DNA from: a virus
Lineage: Duplodnaviria > Caudoviricetes
IMG/VR virus record: IMGVR_UViG_3300048599_000450
Span: 1 to 45,627 of that record
Length of the DNA: 45,627 nt
Direction: 5' to 3' (one strand)
Below are positions 34,914 through 44,690 of this stretch, piece after piece. Made by a program: the position numbers and the translations under genes. Position 1 is the first letter of the stretch. Every line of letters begins with the position of its first letter. The notes beneath the pieces were generated by a model. It was not told where the DNA came from and did not search any database. It worked only from the letters and a program-made list of their open reading frames with translations.

Positions 34914-34994
34914 GGGTTCAGCCCTCGATTCGAGGCGGATATCCTGCTTGGGCCGCACCAAGCTGTCCATGGCGCCGGAAGCGGGTAACGAGTA

Positions 34995-36305
34995 GTGGCT
35001 CGTCATCGCAACTGGGCCAAGACTCTCCGGCGCGCTTCGTTCCGGGGCGTGCCCTTCCACGTCGACGACGAAGAGGTCCGCAACTTCCTGCGCCAGGCGG
35101 TGCACGAGGTCCCGAACGGCATGTGGCGCCTCGAGCGCCTCGGCCGAGGCCCGACCGAGCTCAGCCTCACCGGCTTCGTCGCATCGGCGAAGGCGGATGC
35201 CGAGGGCGATGCCGTCGCCGCGACCTTCCGCGACGACAAGCCGGGCATGCTCGTCATGCCGATGGTCGGCCCGGTCAAGGCCCGCCCGCTATCGTGCTTT
35301 CGCAACCGCAGCGCGCGGCGTGAAGGCTATGTCGCGCTCGATATGCGCTGGGTGGTCGAGCCGGTGCGCGGCCCATCGGCCTCCCCCTTGCAAGCGGCAA
35401 ACAGCGTCTTCAGTGCTGCCGGGAATCTGGTCTCGGCCATTGCCGGCCAGGTCTCCGGCATCGTCGGCTTCGCGCTCCAGGTCGCCGGCACCGTGTCGTC
35501 AGCGATCGGGATGGTCACCTCGATCATTGGCACCGTGACGTCGATCTACGGCCTGGTCACCTCCGTGTCGTCCGCCGCGATCGCGGTAGCGACAACGGTG
35601 CTCGGCTTCCGAGTCGGCGAGATCGGCCGGGACGACGCCAGCCGCACCAGCTTGCTGACCGATATCGCGCAGGCTGCGGTCGATCTCGGCTACGGCGCGA
35701 GCGCCGAGGCCGTCTCAGCTGGCGCCTTCGAGCCACTATTCGAGATCGAGCCGGCGCCGCGCTCCGGAGCGTCCCGGTCCGCCGCCGCGACCCATCTCGT
35801 CGAAGCCGGGCTTTCGGTCTACAGCCACGCGGTCGGCCTCGTCGTCGAAGCCGAGGCCGCCGCTCGGCGCGAATGGCAGACTATCGAGCAGGTCGATGAA
35901 GCGCTCGCCGGCTTCCTGGCCCGGGTCGAGGTCGTCGCGGACGAACTCGCCGAGCTCAACAGTCTGGTCGCGGTACTGCAGCCCGATTTCGAGCGCGTGC
36001 TGCTGCCGGCGCCCCGCATCGGCGCCGACGCACCGGCGGCCGCGACCAGCAATGCCAGCCCCGCGCTCGACGAGCTGCGCAGCGCAGTCGTCGACCATCT
36101 CGCGATCGTCAGCCGCGACCTGGCCCCGCTGGTGATCGTCGAGAGCAACCGTTCGCTGCCGGCGATCGTCTGGGCCTTCGCGCTGTACGAGGACCCGGAC
36201 CGCGCTGGCGAGCTCGCGCGGATGAACCGCGTGCGCAGCCCCTCCTTCATGCCGGCGCGCTTCCGGGCGCTGGCGCCCGCGAGCCCGGCTGTCGCCGAGA
36301 TCTGA
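34995..36305 (+). CDS. DNA circularisation protein (Mu gpN-like)
   Basis: WAKTLRRASFRGVPFHV N-terminus; LPAIVWAFALYED..RAGEL...N....PSFMP C-terminus. Confidence 0.9.
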   Translation: MARHRNWAKTLRRASFRGVPFHVDDEEVRNFLRQAVHEVPNGMWRLERLGRGPTELSLTGFVASAKADAEGDAVAATFRDDKPGMLVMPMVGPVKARPLSCFRNRSARREGYVALDMRWVVEPVRGPSASPLQAANSVFSAAGNLVSAIAGQVSGIVGFALQVAGTVSSAIGMVTSIIGTVTSIYGLVTSVSSAAIAVATTVLGFRVGEIGRDDASRTSLLTDIAQAAVDLGYGASAEAVSAGAFEPLFEIEPAPRSGASRSAAATHLVEAGLSVYSHAVGLVVEAEAAARREWQTIEQVDEALAGFLARVEVVADELAELNSLVAVLQPDFERVLLPAPRIGADAPAAATSNASPALDELRSAVVDHLAIVSRDLAPLVIVESNRSLPAIVWAFALYEDPDRAGELARMNRVRSPSFMPARFRALAPASPAVAEI

Positions 36306-37384
36306 TGCTCGTCGAAGTCCGCGAAGAGGTCCTGATCGAGGTCAACGGCAAGCCGTGGCGCGATTGGGAGAGCGTGACCTGGTCGGCCGCGATCAACGAG
36401 GCGGCGCGTCAACTCACCATCGAGCTCGCGCCAAGCGACGACACGCTGAAGGGTGTTCACCAGGCTTTCAAGGGGCGGGTGCCGATCGTCGTCAAGTCGA
36501 GCAAGGATCTCGTCTTCACCGGCAAGATGGACTGGAAGTACCCGCGCATCGACGCGGGCCGCCGGTCCATGACCATCTCGGCTCGCGGCACCGGCTCGGC
36601 CCTCGTCGATAGCTCCGCCGTGCACAAGACCGGCCGCTTCCGGAACATGACGCCGGAGCAGATTGCCAAGGAAATCGACGAGGCTCGTTGCAAGATCACC
36701 ACCGATCCCGGGATCAGCGTCGTGCTGCCGAAGTTCCAGCTCACGCCTGGCGAGAAAGGCTTCCAAGCGCTCGAGCGCATTCTGCGCGACCAGCGCCTGA
36801 CGCTTCGCGGCGAGGCGGATGGCGGCACCACGATCACCAAAGGGCCGACCGGCCGGCGCCAGGCGGGAGGCCTGAAGGAAGGCGAGTTCCTCGGTGAAGG
36901 CGGCGCGAAGCACGACTATTCGCGGCGCTACAGCAAGTACAAGGTGCTCGGGCAATCGGCGGACGGTTTCGGCTCAGACGCGACCGAGATCGAGGCCGAA
37001 TCGAGTGACCCCGGTGTCGAGGGCCCCCGCACGCGTATCGTCGTCGTCGACAAGGACCTGACGAAGGACGGCGCCAGGGAGTATGCGCGTCACCTACGCG
37101 ATCGCGCCGCCGGCGAGGCCTTGCGGGCGCAGGCGAAAGTCGCCGGCTGGCGCGACGCTGGCGGCAAGCTCTACGAGCCCGGCAACCTCTACTGGGTCGA
37201 GTCGCCCTGGCTCGATCTCGCGCAGGACATGCTGATCGAGAAGATCACCTGCACGCAGGTGAAGCAGGAGGGCCGGGGCGGCGGCTCGCATACCGCCTTC
37301 GAGCTGGTCGACCCGCGCAGCTACGGCGGGAAGAAGAGCAAGGGCAACAAATCCGGCGCCGGCTGGGCCCAGGGTGAGGACTGA
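36305..37384 (+). CDS. Baseplate hub (Mu gpP/gp44-like)
   Basis: WRDWESV, ALVDSSA, RYSKYKVLGQ, GWRDAGGKLYEPG. Confidence 0.9.
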   Translation: MLVEVREEVLIEVNGKPWRDWESVTWSAAINEAARQLTIELAPSDDTLKGVHQAFKGRVPIVVKSSKDLVFTGKMDWKYPRIDAGRRSMTISARGTGSALVDSSAVHKTGRFRNMTPEQIAKEIDEARCKITTDPGISVVLPKFQLTPGEKGFQALERILRDQRLTLRGEADGGTTITKGPTGRRQAGGLKEGEFLGEGGAKHDYSRRYSKYKVLGQSADGFGSDATEIEAESSDPGVEGPRTRIVVVDKDLTKDGAREYARHLRDRAAGEALRAQAKVAGWRDAGGKLYEPGNLYWVESPWLDLAQDMLIEKITCTQVKQEGRGGGSHTAFELVDPRSYGGKKSKGNKSGAGWAQGED

Positions 37385-37911
37385 TGAGCGACCAGATCCG
37401 CGCAATGATCTCCCGCGGTCGCCTCGTCACCGGCGACGACAGCGGCGACTATCATCGCATCAGGGCCCGCGGCTTCGCCAATGAGGAGCTCGACGGCATC
37501 ATTCGCGTTCAGCAGCACGGGATCTCGTCGAACCCGGGCGACGGCGCCGAGGGGCTGCTCCTACGTCTTGGCGGTCGGGCCGAGCGGACTTTCGCGATAG
37601 GCTTCGAGCTGAGGGATAAGCGGCCGCGCGACCTGCCAGGTGGCGCGACGGCGATCTACAACGCAGACGGCAACGTGTTGAAGCTCGTCCCCACTAAAAC
37701 CGACTGGGATCATGACGGCAAGCACAGCCATCTGCGCGGCGTCGGTCGATACAAGGTCGAGGCCAGCGAGTGGATCTGGCTGGACTGTGAGGCGATCTAC
37801 TTCGGCAAAGGGCCGTGGTTCCCGGTCCAGACCGCCGGCGGGCTTTCAAATTGCGTGTTTGCGTCCGTGACGCCGACGAAACCCGACCGGCCGACCCCGG
37901 ACGATATCTAG
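37384..37911 (+). CDS. Baseplate spike (Mu gp45-like)
   Basis: QQHGISSNP..GAE.L...GG...RPRDLPGG.TAIY. Confidence 0.88.
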   Translation: MSDQIRAMISRGRLVTGDDSGDYHRIRARGFANEELDGIIRVQQHGISSNPGDGAEGLLLRLGGRAERTFAIGFELRDKRPRDLPGGATAIYNADGNVLKLVPTKTDWDHDGKHSHLRGVGRYKVEASEWIWLDCEAIYFGKGPWFPVQTAGGLSNCVFASVTPTKPDRPTPDDI

Positions 37912-37912
37912 A

Positions 37913-38443
37913 ATGCAGATCCGCATCGTGCGGGAGGGCGCGCTCGCGCCCATTTCCGGCTATTGGGACACGATCTGGTCGACCGAGTTCGGCGAGGGCG
38001 ACTGGGCGCTCGCCGACCCAGACGGCGCCGCCGGCAGCCGCGGCGGGCTGAAGGCCGATGCCGGCCTCGCCACCGCAATCATCCTCGCCTTGTTCACCGA
38101 CAAGCGCGCGCCCGAGGGCGCCGCGCTCGACGACGGCGATCGCCGCGGCTGGTTCGGAGACCGCATCGATGTCCGCGCCGATCTCGGCGAAACCGATCTC
38201 GGCTCCTGGATCTGGCTCTATGAGCGCTCGGCCCTGACCGAGGAGCTGCCGCAGCTGATCCAGGATGCCGCCGTTGAGGCCCTCGAGCCGATCCGGCTGC
38301 AGGGTGCGGTCGCTCGCTTCGACGTCGTCGCTGAGATGTTCCGCGACGATGATCGGGTCGATCTCGGCGTCGATGCCTTCAGCCAGGACGGCACGAAGAT
38401 CTTCAGCCAGCGCTTCGCCCTGCTCTGGGACCAGGTCCGCTAG
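37913..38443 (+). CDS. Mu gp46-like baseplate protein
   Basis: LATAIILALFTDKRA...RGWFGD...LGSWIWLYER...EALEP. Confidence 0.9.
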   Translation: MQIRIVREGALAPISGYWDTIWSTEFGEGDWALADPDGAAGSRGGLKADAGLATAIILALFTDKRAPEGAALDDGDRRGWFGDRIDVRADLGETDLGSWIWLYERSALTEELPQLIQDAAVEALEPIRLQGAVARFDVVAEMFRDDDRVDLGVDAFSQDGTKIFSQRFALLWDQVR

Positions 38444-38450
38444 GAGCCCC

Positions 38451-39554
38451 ATGCCTTGGTCAATTCCGACGCCGAGCGAGATCTCGGCGAAGCTGCGCAC
38501 CGCCTTCGATGGCGAGCTGCCGGGGGTACTCGCCCGGCTTTGGCCGAACAACGCCGCGATCTCGGCCAAGGCCATCGGCGGGGCGGTCGGCGGCGTCTAT
38601 GACCACCAGGCCGTCATCGCGAAAGACATCTTCGTTCATAGCTGCCGCGAAGAGGTCCTCGAGGATCACGGCCAGGACCTGCAGCTTCCGATCCGGCAGG
38701 CGACCGCGGCCTCTGGCGAGGTGACGGCGATCGCCGCCAGCGCGCTGACCATCATCCGCGGCACCATCGTCAACCGTGGCGACGGCCGAGCCTATCAGGT
38801 CGCGACCGATGTCTTCGCGGCCGGTGCCGGACCGGTCAGCCTGCCCGTCGTTGCCCTCGAGGCCGGCGGTTCGGGTGTCACACTGCCGGGCGTTGCCATG
38901 TCGGTCCAGGGAGCTTCCGGGCTCACGGCTGTCGTCGTTGGCGATGCCGGCCTCGTCGGCGGCGCCGATCGCGAGGGCTACGCCAGCTATCGCCGGCGCC
39001 TACGCTTCTTCAAGGCGTTCCGGCCCGGTCATGCCCGCCCGTCCGATTATGTCATCTGGGCGAGCGAGGTCAGTGGCGTCAGCCGCGTCTTCGTCGAGCG
39101 CAAGCCTTATGGCCCCGGCACCGTCCGGGTCTTCCCGTTGTTCGACGGGATCTATGCCAACGGGATCGCTCCGCCGGGCGAGATCGCCCGCGTGAAATCC
39201 CATCTCGAGGTCGCCGGCGCGTCCGGCGTCGCCGACATCATCGTCGAAGCGCCGATTGCCCTGCCGGTCGACATCGCCGTGGCGAACCTGTCCCCGAACC
39301 AGCTGACGGTACGCAACGCGATCGAGCTCGAGCTGTCGGGGATCTTCGCGCGACGGGCACGGGTGGCCGGCATCGATCCCGGGCACCCGGCCATGCCGTT
39401 CCTCGCGACGGCGCAGACCTTCTCGCGGTCCTGGGTCGGCCAGGCCACCGCCAATGCCGCGGGCGAGGATCGGCACGTGCTCAGCCTCCCGTCGGCAGAC
39501 GTCAATGTCCCGGCCGGCCGCCTGCCGGTCGTCGGCACGGTAGCCTTCAGCTGA
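38451..39554 (+). CDS. Baseplate J / Mu gp47 family
   Basis: ATAASGEV, GGADRE, DYVIWASEVSGVSR, GPGTVRV. Confidence 0.92.
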   Translation: MPWSIPTPSEISAKLRTAFDGELPGVLARLWPNNAAISAKAIGGAVGGVYDHQAVIAKDIFVHSCREEVLEDHGQDLQLPIRQATAASGEVTAIAASALTIIRGTIVNRGDGRAYQVATDVFAAGAGPVSLPVVALEAGGSGVTLPGVAMSVQGASGLTAVVVGDAGLVGGADREGYASYRRRLRFFKAFRPGHARPSDYVIWASEVSGVSRVFVERKPYGPGTVRVFPLFDGIYANGIAPPGEIARVKSHLEVAGASGVADIIVEAPIALPVDIAVANLSPNQLTVRNAIELELSGIFARRARVAGIDPGHPAMPFLATAQTFSRSWVGQATANAAGEDRHVLSLPSADVNVPAGRLPVVGTVAFS

Positions 39555-40183
39555 TGGCGATCCTCGGCACCGGTTGCAAGACCGAGGACGAAGTCCGCGA
39601 GGCGACGCTGGCGCATCTACCGGTCGGTCGCGCCTGGCAGAGTCGGACAGGCGGCCCCCATCCCGGCTCGGTGCTCTTCGGCTTTTGGGCAGGCGTCGCC
39701 ACGGCGCTCTATGCGGCCTACCGGCGTGCCTGTGCACTCGAGCTCGAGCTGCTCTGCTCCACCGCCGTCGAGACGAAGCCGGACTGGCTGCGCGAGTATG
39801 GGCTGCCCGATGCCTGTGGCGTCGAGCAGGATCCATGCGCCCGGGCGCAACCGATCATCGAGGATCTGTGCGACCTCCTCGTCCGGATCGCTGCAGGAGC
39901 CGGGTTCGCGGTCTCTTGCGACCGCCTCGCCCGCTATTGCGGTGAGCGCTCCGGTCGTGCCCGCGCCGGTCGTGCCCGCGCCGGCGGCTCCGGCCGGCCA
40001 CCCTCGACCCTCGTTCTGCGTGTCGACATCAGCAACCAGCCGCGCATCCGCCCGTCACTGAGCGGCCGCTACCGAGCCGGCCTGGTGCGCCGCTGCTCTT
40101 TCGACGTCGGCCGGCTTCGCTGTGTCGTCGAGCCGTTCATCCCGGCGCATGCCGACCTCGTCATCGTGATCTTCGGAGACTGA
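39554..40183 (+). CDS. Mu gp48-like baseplate/tail protein
   Basis: LPVGRAW, DWLREYGLPDAC, PAHA C-terminus. Confidence 0.85.
   Translation: MAILGTGCKTEDEVREATLAHLPVGRAWQSRTGGPHPGSVLFGFWAGVATALYAAYRRACALELELLCSTAVETKPDWLREYGLPDACGVEQDPCARAQPIIEDLCDLLVRIAAGAGFAVSCDRLARYCGERSGRARAGRARAGGSGRPPSTLVLRVDISNQPRIRPSLSGRYRAGLVRRCSFDVGRLRCVVEPFIPAHADLVIVIFGD
39951..39984 (+). repeat. 15-bp tandem repeat CCGGTCGTGCCCGCG x2 (GRARA)
   Basis: Exact duplication inside the gp48-like gene. Confidence 0.8.
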
Positions 40184-40188
40184 TATCC

Positions 40189-41517
40189 ATGGTGAAGCCG
40201 CTCGTGCCGCCGATGGTCGATATCCTCGGCCCCTATCCGGCCACCCCACAACACGCCTTGGCGCGGCCAGGAAAGACAGGCGACGCCGCCGGCGCCGGCT
40301 TCTCCTGGATGAAGGACTGCACGGACGACAACGCGGAGGACGGCACGCCGATCACCGCGGAATTCCTCAACAATCTGAAAGCCCAGCTGCTGACAGTCTT
40401 TCAGGAGAGCGGGATCAGTATCGATGATGCCGACGCCATGCTGGCATATGCCATTCAGTCGGGCGGCCTCAACTACGCGCTCGCCACCGGCACGGCCAAT
40501 GCGTGGGTCGTCAATCCGGCCCTTGCTCTACCGGCTTATGCGGCCGGCCGAGTTCTCTGGATCAGGGCGCCGGCGACGAACACGAACACGGCCGTCAACA
40601 TGGACGTGAGCGGGCTCGGCAACAGGCGGGTCAAGAAGGCCGACGGCTCCGATCCGGCGATCACAGATATCGTCTCCGGGCGCTGGTATCCCACCTTCGA
40701 CGACGGAACCAGCATCTGCATCGTCACGCCCCTGCCGAGCGATGCCCGCGCTGCGGTTTTGTCGACCGGCGAATGTCAGTTGCAGCTCTCCGGCGCGAAC
40801 CTGCAGCTGTCGCGCAAGAACGGCTCGCAGATCGTCGTCAACGGCGCTCCCGTTGTCATCCCGGTCGCCGGCCCGACCCTCGCGGCCACCGGGGCTGCGG
40901 CCAACACGACCTATTCGATCTATGCCTATGTCGACGGCGCCGGAGCCCTTCAGCTGGAGCGTTCGACGACGGCCAGGGCGACAGGAGCCGACGGTACCGA
41001 GATCAAAACAGGCGACGCCACCAGGGCGTTCGTCGGTCTTGCTCGCGCCAACGGCAGCGCCGTCTGGGAGGACAGTCCGAGCAAGCGCTTCGTGCGAAGC
41101 TATTTCAACCGCAAGCCGGTCCCGCTCTGGAACCGGTTCACTGCTGATCGCTCGACCTCCGCACTGGAGGTGGGGAAGGTCGAGATCAATAGCGAGATCC
41201 GTTGCGAGTTCGTCTGCTTCAGCGATGACAGCATCGCGGTGACCTCGGCGGGATACTTCTTCAATTCGGCGGCGAACTTCACCTACTGCTCGGTCGCCTT
41301 CGATGGGACCACGACAGACACCGGCACCATCAGCGCCTGCTTCGGGACTGCCGGATCTGTCCTGAACGCGGCGCGCAACGCCGGCCCCGGCCTCAATCCG
41401 CTCGCGGACGGATACCACTATGCGACTCTGGTCGGGTACGTGAGCGGCGGCACTGGAACATGGGGCGGCGGGGCGTCCAACACGCCAACCTGCGCCATCC
41501 ACGCAATGATCCATTGA
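40189..41517 (+). CDS. Tail fibre / receptor-binding protein
   Basis: After baseplate; GTPITAEFLNNL N-terminus, GTANA..APATNT...VSGLG module, Gly/Thr/Ser-rich C-terminus. Confidence 0.85.
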   Translation: MVKPLVPPMVDILGPYPATPQHALARPGKTGDAAGAGFSWMKDCTDDNAEDGTPITAEFLNNLKAQLLTVFQESGISIDDADAMLAYAIQSGGLNYALATGTANAWVVNPALALPAYAAGRVLWIRAPATNTNTAVNMDVSGLGNRRVKKADGSDPAITDIVSGRWYPTFDDGTSICIVTPLPSDARAAVLSTGECQLQLSGANLQLSRKNGSQIVVNGAPVVIPVAGPTLAATGAAANTTYSIYAYVDGAGALQLERSTTARATGADGTEIKTGDATRAFVGLARANGSAVWEDSPSKRFVRSYFNRKPVPLWNRFTADRSTSALEVGKVEINSEIRCEFVCFSDDSIAVTSAGYFFNSAANFTYCSVAFDGTTTDTGTISACFGTAGSVLNAARNAGPGLNPLADGYHYATLVGYVSGGTGTWGGGASNTPTCAIHAMIH

Positions 41518-41525
41518 GGCACGAA

Positions 41526-43022
41526 ATGACGGGAACCTGGTCAACCTCGCTGCGCGGGGCCGCGTCCCTGCGCCTTGCCGCCACCGTCACGCTCGGCGCC
41601 GATCGCGGGCGCCCGCTCGGCACTGTGCTGCAACTACGCCGCGCGGGCGGTGAAGCAGTCGTCGGGCTCGGCGTCCCGCAGGTGATGAACCACTTCACCC
41701 GGGCGAACCCGCGCATGCTCTCCGGCTTCGCCCGGTCCGGCGCGCCACTGGCTCACACCGCAACCGTGCTCGGCTCGGCGACGAAGGTGCGTTATCGCAC
41801 TGCGGTCTTCGACGGCGACTTGGTCGACCTGTCGAACCTCGAGCGCTTCAGCCCCACATTAGGCGAGTGGCTGGCCTTGCCGGCCGAGTGGGCAGGCATC
41901 CTCTTTCGGCCCGGCGAGCACCTCTATTCGATCCAGCGCATCGGCTCGGCCGTCTTTGCTGTCACGACCCAGCGGGTCATCTGCGACGGCGCCACGATTT
42001 ACGAGATGAACACGCAGCCCTGGGCCGCCTGCGCCTTCTGGCATGACGGCTGGCTGCATGTCTGCTGCCCGGGTTACGGCGAAATCAGGTCCTTCGCCTG
42101 GGCCCCGGGCTCCGGGCCAGTTGGCGCGCCGGCGCTGACCTACGTGCTCGGGCCGCATTACGGGCGCGCCTTCGGTGTGCTCGGCGGCAAGGTGCTGATG
42201 GCGACGCATGCCGGCGGCCTGCATCGCTTCGACGGCCTGTCCTGGTCGACCGTGCAATGGTCCTTTCCCGGCGAGTTCTATGCGCTCGCCCAGGTCGGCG
42301 AGACGCTGCGCCTCGGCGATTACGGCACTGGTGACCAGTGGCTTTATGATCCCGGCGGCGCTCCAGTCCTGCAGAAGCTGCCGGAAAACCCACCGGCCGA
42401 GCCCGGCGCTCAGAAGAGCTTCGGTCGCGAGATCCAGAGCTTCGCCCTTCATGGCGGCGCGCTCTATCACGGCGTCTATCCCTGGGGCGCCGTGCACTGG
42501 CGCGACCTCCTTAACTGGGCCTGGGGCCATCAGCGGCTGTTCTCGGGACCGCCGATCGATCCGGCGCTCGGCGCCTTCACGGCCGATCTGACGGCGCAGG
42601 GCGTCGACCCTGGCGTCTTTCCGGGCATCTCGCGCTGGTGCCAGCGCATCACGGCGCTGACGGCGTGGCGCGGCGGCATCGTCGCCTCCTGCACCAACAT
42701 GCCGGGCGATCTCATCCTGCCAACGTCGGCTCAGACTGCGATGCTCGGCGGCCTGCATGGCGAGTATGGGCGAACCATGCTGCTCGAGGGGCCTTGCGCC
42801 GCGGCCGGAGAAATCGCCTGGGCGGACGCGCCGACGGAGCTCGCCATCGAGATCGAGGCGGGGCGTCTAACGCTTCGCCAGGACGGCGCGCCGATTGCCG
42901 AGGTACCGGGCCTTGCGCCTGCAGATCTCGCCGCCGGCGACCTCACGCTCGAGGTCGGGCGCGGCCAGTTCGGAAGCTTCGGTGGTCAGGCGATCCGCGG
43001 CGTTTCGATCAGTGCGGGATGA
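41526..43022 (+). CDS. Hypothetical 498-aa Trp/Gly-rich protein, possibly beta-propeller
   Basis: GAGG RBS; repeated short beta-strand patterns (GGKVLMAT, GETLRLGD, GGALYHGV, GGIVASC). Confidence 0.75.
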   Translation: MTGTWSTSLRGAASLRLAATVTLGADRGRPLGTVLQLRRAGGEAVVGLGVPQVMNHFTRANPRMLSGFARSGAPLAHTATVLGSATKVRYRTAVFDGDLVDLSNLERFSPTLGEWLALPAEWAGILFRPGEHLYSIQRIGSAVFAVTTQRVICDGATIYEMNTQPWAACAFWHDGWLHVCCPGYGEIRSFAWAPGSGPVGAPALTYVLGPHYGRAFGVLGGKVLMATHAGGLHRFDGLSWSTVQWSFPGEFYALAQVGETLRLGDYGTGDQWLYDPGGAPVLQKLPENPPAEPGAQKSFGREIQSFALHGGALYHGVYPWGAVHWRDLLNWAWGHQRLFSGPPIDPALGAFTADLTAQGVDPGVFPGISRWCQRITALTAWRGGIVASCTNMPGDLILPTSAQTAMLGGLHGEYGRTMLLEGPCAAAGEIAWADAPTELAIEIEAGRLTLRQDGAPIAEVPGLAPADLAAGDLTLEVGRGQFGSFGGQAIRGVSISAG

Positions 43023-43028
43023 TGCCGG

Positions 43029-43115
43029 TCATCGCTTGACCGCAGCAACGCCGATCATCAGGCCCAGTCCCGCGACAGGCGCCAGAACGATCAAAACCAC
43101 GAAAAGCAGGTCCAT
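43029..43115 (-). CDS. 28-aa hydrophobic peptide
   Basis: Read by hand: MDLLFVVLIVLAPVAGLGLMIGVAAVKR*, preceded by AGGGGA; not in the ORF track. Confidence 0.55.
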   Translation of the reverse strand: MDLLFVVLIVLAPVAGLGLMIGVAAVKR

Positions 43116-43375
43116 TCACCGTCCCCCTGACTGGTGCCGGGGAGTTAGGAACTCGTCCGAAGAAGAGCGCCGTCGCCTTTAGGGGTCGCCCCCATTGGAC
43201 ATGACCGCGCCTTTCGGCACGGGACGACGGCCTCCCCGACATAGAGACGGGAAGTGCAGTTCACGGTCGCACTAAGACCGCTTCGGACGGGGTTCCTACG
43301 CCCCAGGCCACCTACGGCGGCCCGCCCGCACGCTACGCGCGAACCGCGCGATCTTCAAGACGATGGAGAAACGCC

Positions 43376-44116
43376 ATGAACCTCCGCGAGGTGCAAGCCG
43401 CGCTGCTTTCGCTCGGCATCAGCGTCGGCCCGGCTGGCGCAGACGGCAGGCCCGGCCCGGGCACCAAGGCCGGCGTCGAAGCTTTCCAGCAGCGCTATGG
43501 CCTCTTCGTCGACGGCCGGGCCAGCCACCAGACGATCGCCGCGCTGAAGCAGGCGATCGCTGCGCCGAAGCCCGGCCGGCCGGAGCCCGACAAGAGCGCG
43601 ATGGCGCAGCCGGCGCCGGCCTCGCACCGGCTCGGCAGCATCGTTGCCGCACCGCCGCTGAATGTCGCGAGCTTGCAACTGCTGTCGACGGCGCGGCCGA
43701 TCGACGAGATCATCTGGCACTGCGCCGCGACGCGCGAGGGGCAGGACTTCACCGTCGCGGACATCCGCGCCTGGCACAAGCAGCGCGGCTTCTCCGACGT
43801 CGGCTACCACTACATCATCTACCGCGATGGCCGGATCATGCTCGGCCGGCCGATCGGTCAGCAGGGCGCGCACTGCGCCGATGGCGGAATGAACCGCGGC
43901 ACGATCGGATGCTGCTACATCGGCGGCGTCGCGGCCGATGGAAAGACGCCGAAGGACACCCGCACGCAGGCGCAGCGCGCCTCGATGCTCTGGCTGACGC
44001 AGCAGCTGATCGCCCAGCATCGCGGCATCAAGCGCGTGACCGGGCATAATCTCTATGCGGCGAAGGCTTGTCCCTCGTTCGACGTCCGCAAGGACGAGCT
44101 CGGAAGGCTGGTCTGA
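43376..44116 (+). CDS. Endolysin: peptidoglycan-binding domain + N-acetylmuramoyl-L-alanine amidase (Amidase_2, T7-lysozyme-like)
   Basis: VQAAL..LG...ADG.PGPGT...FQ...GL.VDG; HCAAT, DVGYHY, GAH, GH, KACPSFDV. Confidence 0.93.
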   Translation: MNLREVQAALLSLGISVGPAGADGRPGPGTKAGVEAFQQRYGLFVDGRASHQTIAALKQAIAAPKPGRPEPDKSAMAQPAPASHRLGSIVAAPPLNVASLQLLSTARPIDEIIWHCAATREGQDFTVADIRAWHKQRGFSDVGYHYIIYRDGRIMLGRPIGQQGAHCADGGMNRGTIGCCYIGGVAADGKTPKDTRTQAQRASMLWLTQQLIAQHRGIKRVTGHNLYAAKACPSFDVRKDELGRLV

Positions 44117-44484
44117 TGGGCGCGCGCGGTGTTCTCAGAACCATGGCCGGCGGCCTCGTCGGCTTCATGTGCCCCGGGTGCAAGGGAATGCACCAAGTTC
44201 GCGTCGACGGCCAGGGGCGACCGGCGTGGGGCTTCAATAGCGACTATGATCGGCCAACCTTCACGCCGTCGGTCCTCGTCCGCACCGGACACTATGTGCC
44301 CGGGCATGAGAATGGGCCGTGTTGGTGCACCTGGGCCAAGGAAAACCCGGACGAAGCCGATGACGGCTTCAAATGCTCCGTCTGCCACTCCTTCGTCCGC
44401 GACGGGCAGATTCAGTTCCTCGGCGACTGCACCCATGCGCTTGCCGGCCAGACCGTCCCGCTGAAGCCCTTCGACGAAGACTGA
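44116..44484 (+). CDS. Cys/His-rich conserved phage protein (DUF6527-like)
   Basis: CPGC..H...WGFN....PTFTPSVL...CHSFVRDGQIQFLGDCTHALAGQTV. Confidence 0.8.
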   Translation: MGARGVLRTMAGGLVGFMCPGCKGMHQVRVDGQGRPAWGFNSDYDRPTFTPSVLVRTGHYVPGHENGPCWCTWAKENPDEADDGFKCSVCHSFVRDGQIQFLGDCTHALAGQTVPLKPFDED

Positions 44485-44690
44485 TCCCAGCCGTTCATAA
44501 GCGGGTCGGCGCAGAGGCGTGCCTGCGAGCGGCCAAGTGCCCGACTGATGCGTGCCTTGTACTCGGACCAGGAGCTGATCGGCGTGTGACACGCTGCGCA
44601 TCGAACCAGCCCCGTTTCCGCGATTGGATCCGGCAGCGAGACCGCCGGGGAACTGCAAACCTCACATCCAAAAACGAGATCGCGGTCCAT
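44412..44690 (-). CDS. Small antisense zinc-ribbon protein
   Basis: GGAGGA RBS; CEVC and CAAC pairs; 3' end overlaps the upstream gene by 73 bp. Confidence 0.55.
   Translation of the reverse strand: MDRDLVFGCEVCSSPAVSLPDPIAETGLVRCAACHTPISSWSEYKARISRALGRSQARLCADPLMNGWDQSSSKGFSGTVWPASAWVQSPRN

Noticed and set aside
40189-43375. Invertible tail-fibre cassette (Mu G-segment-like)
   Set aside because: No invertase gene, inverted alternative fibre end or flanking inverted repeats were seen.
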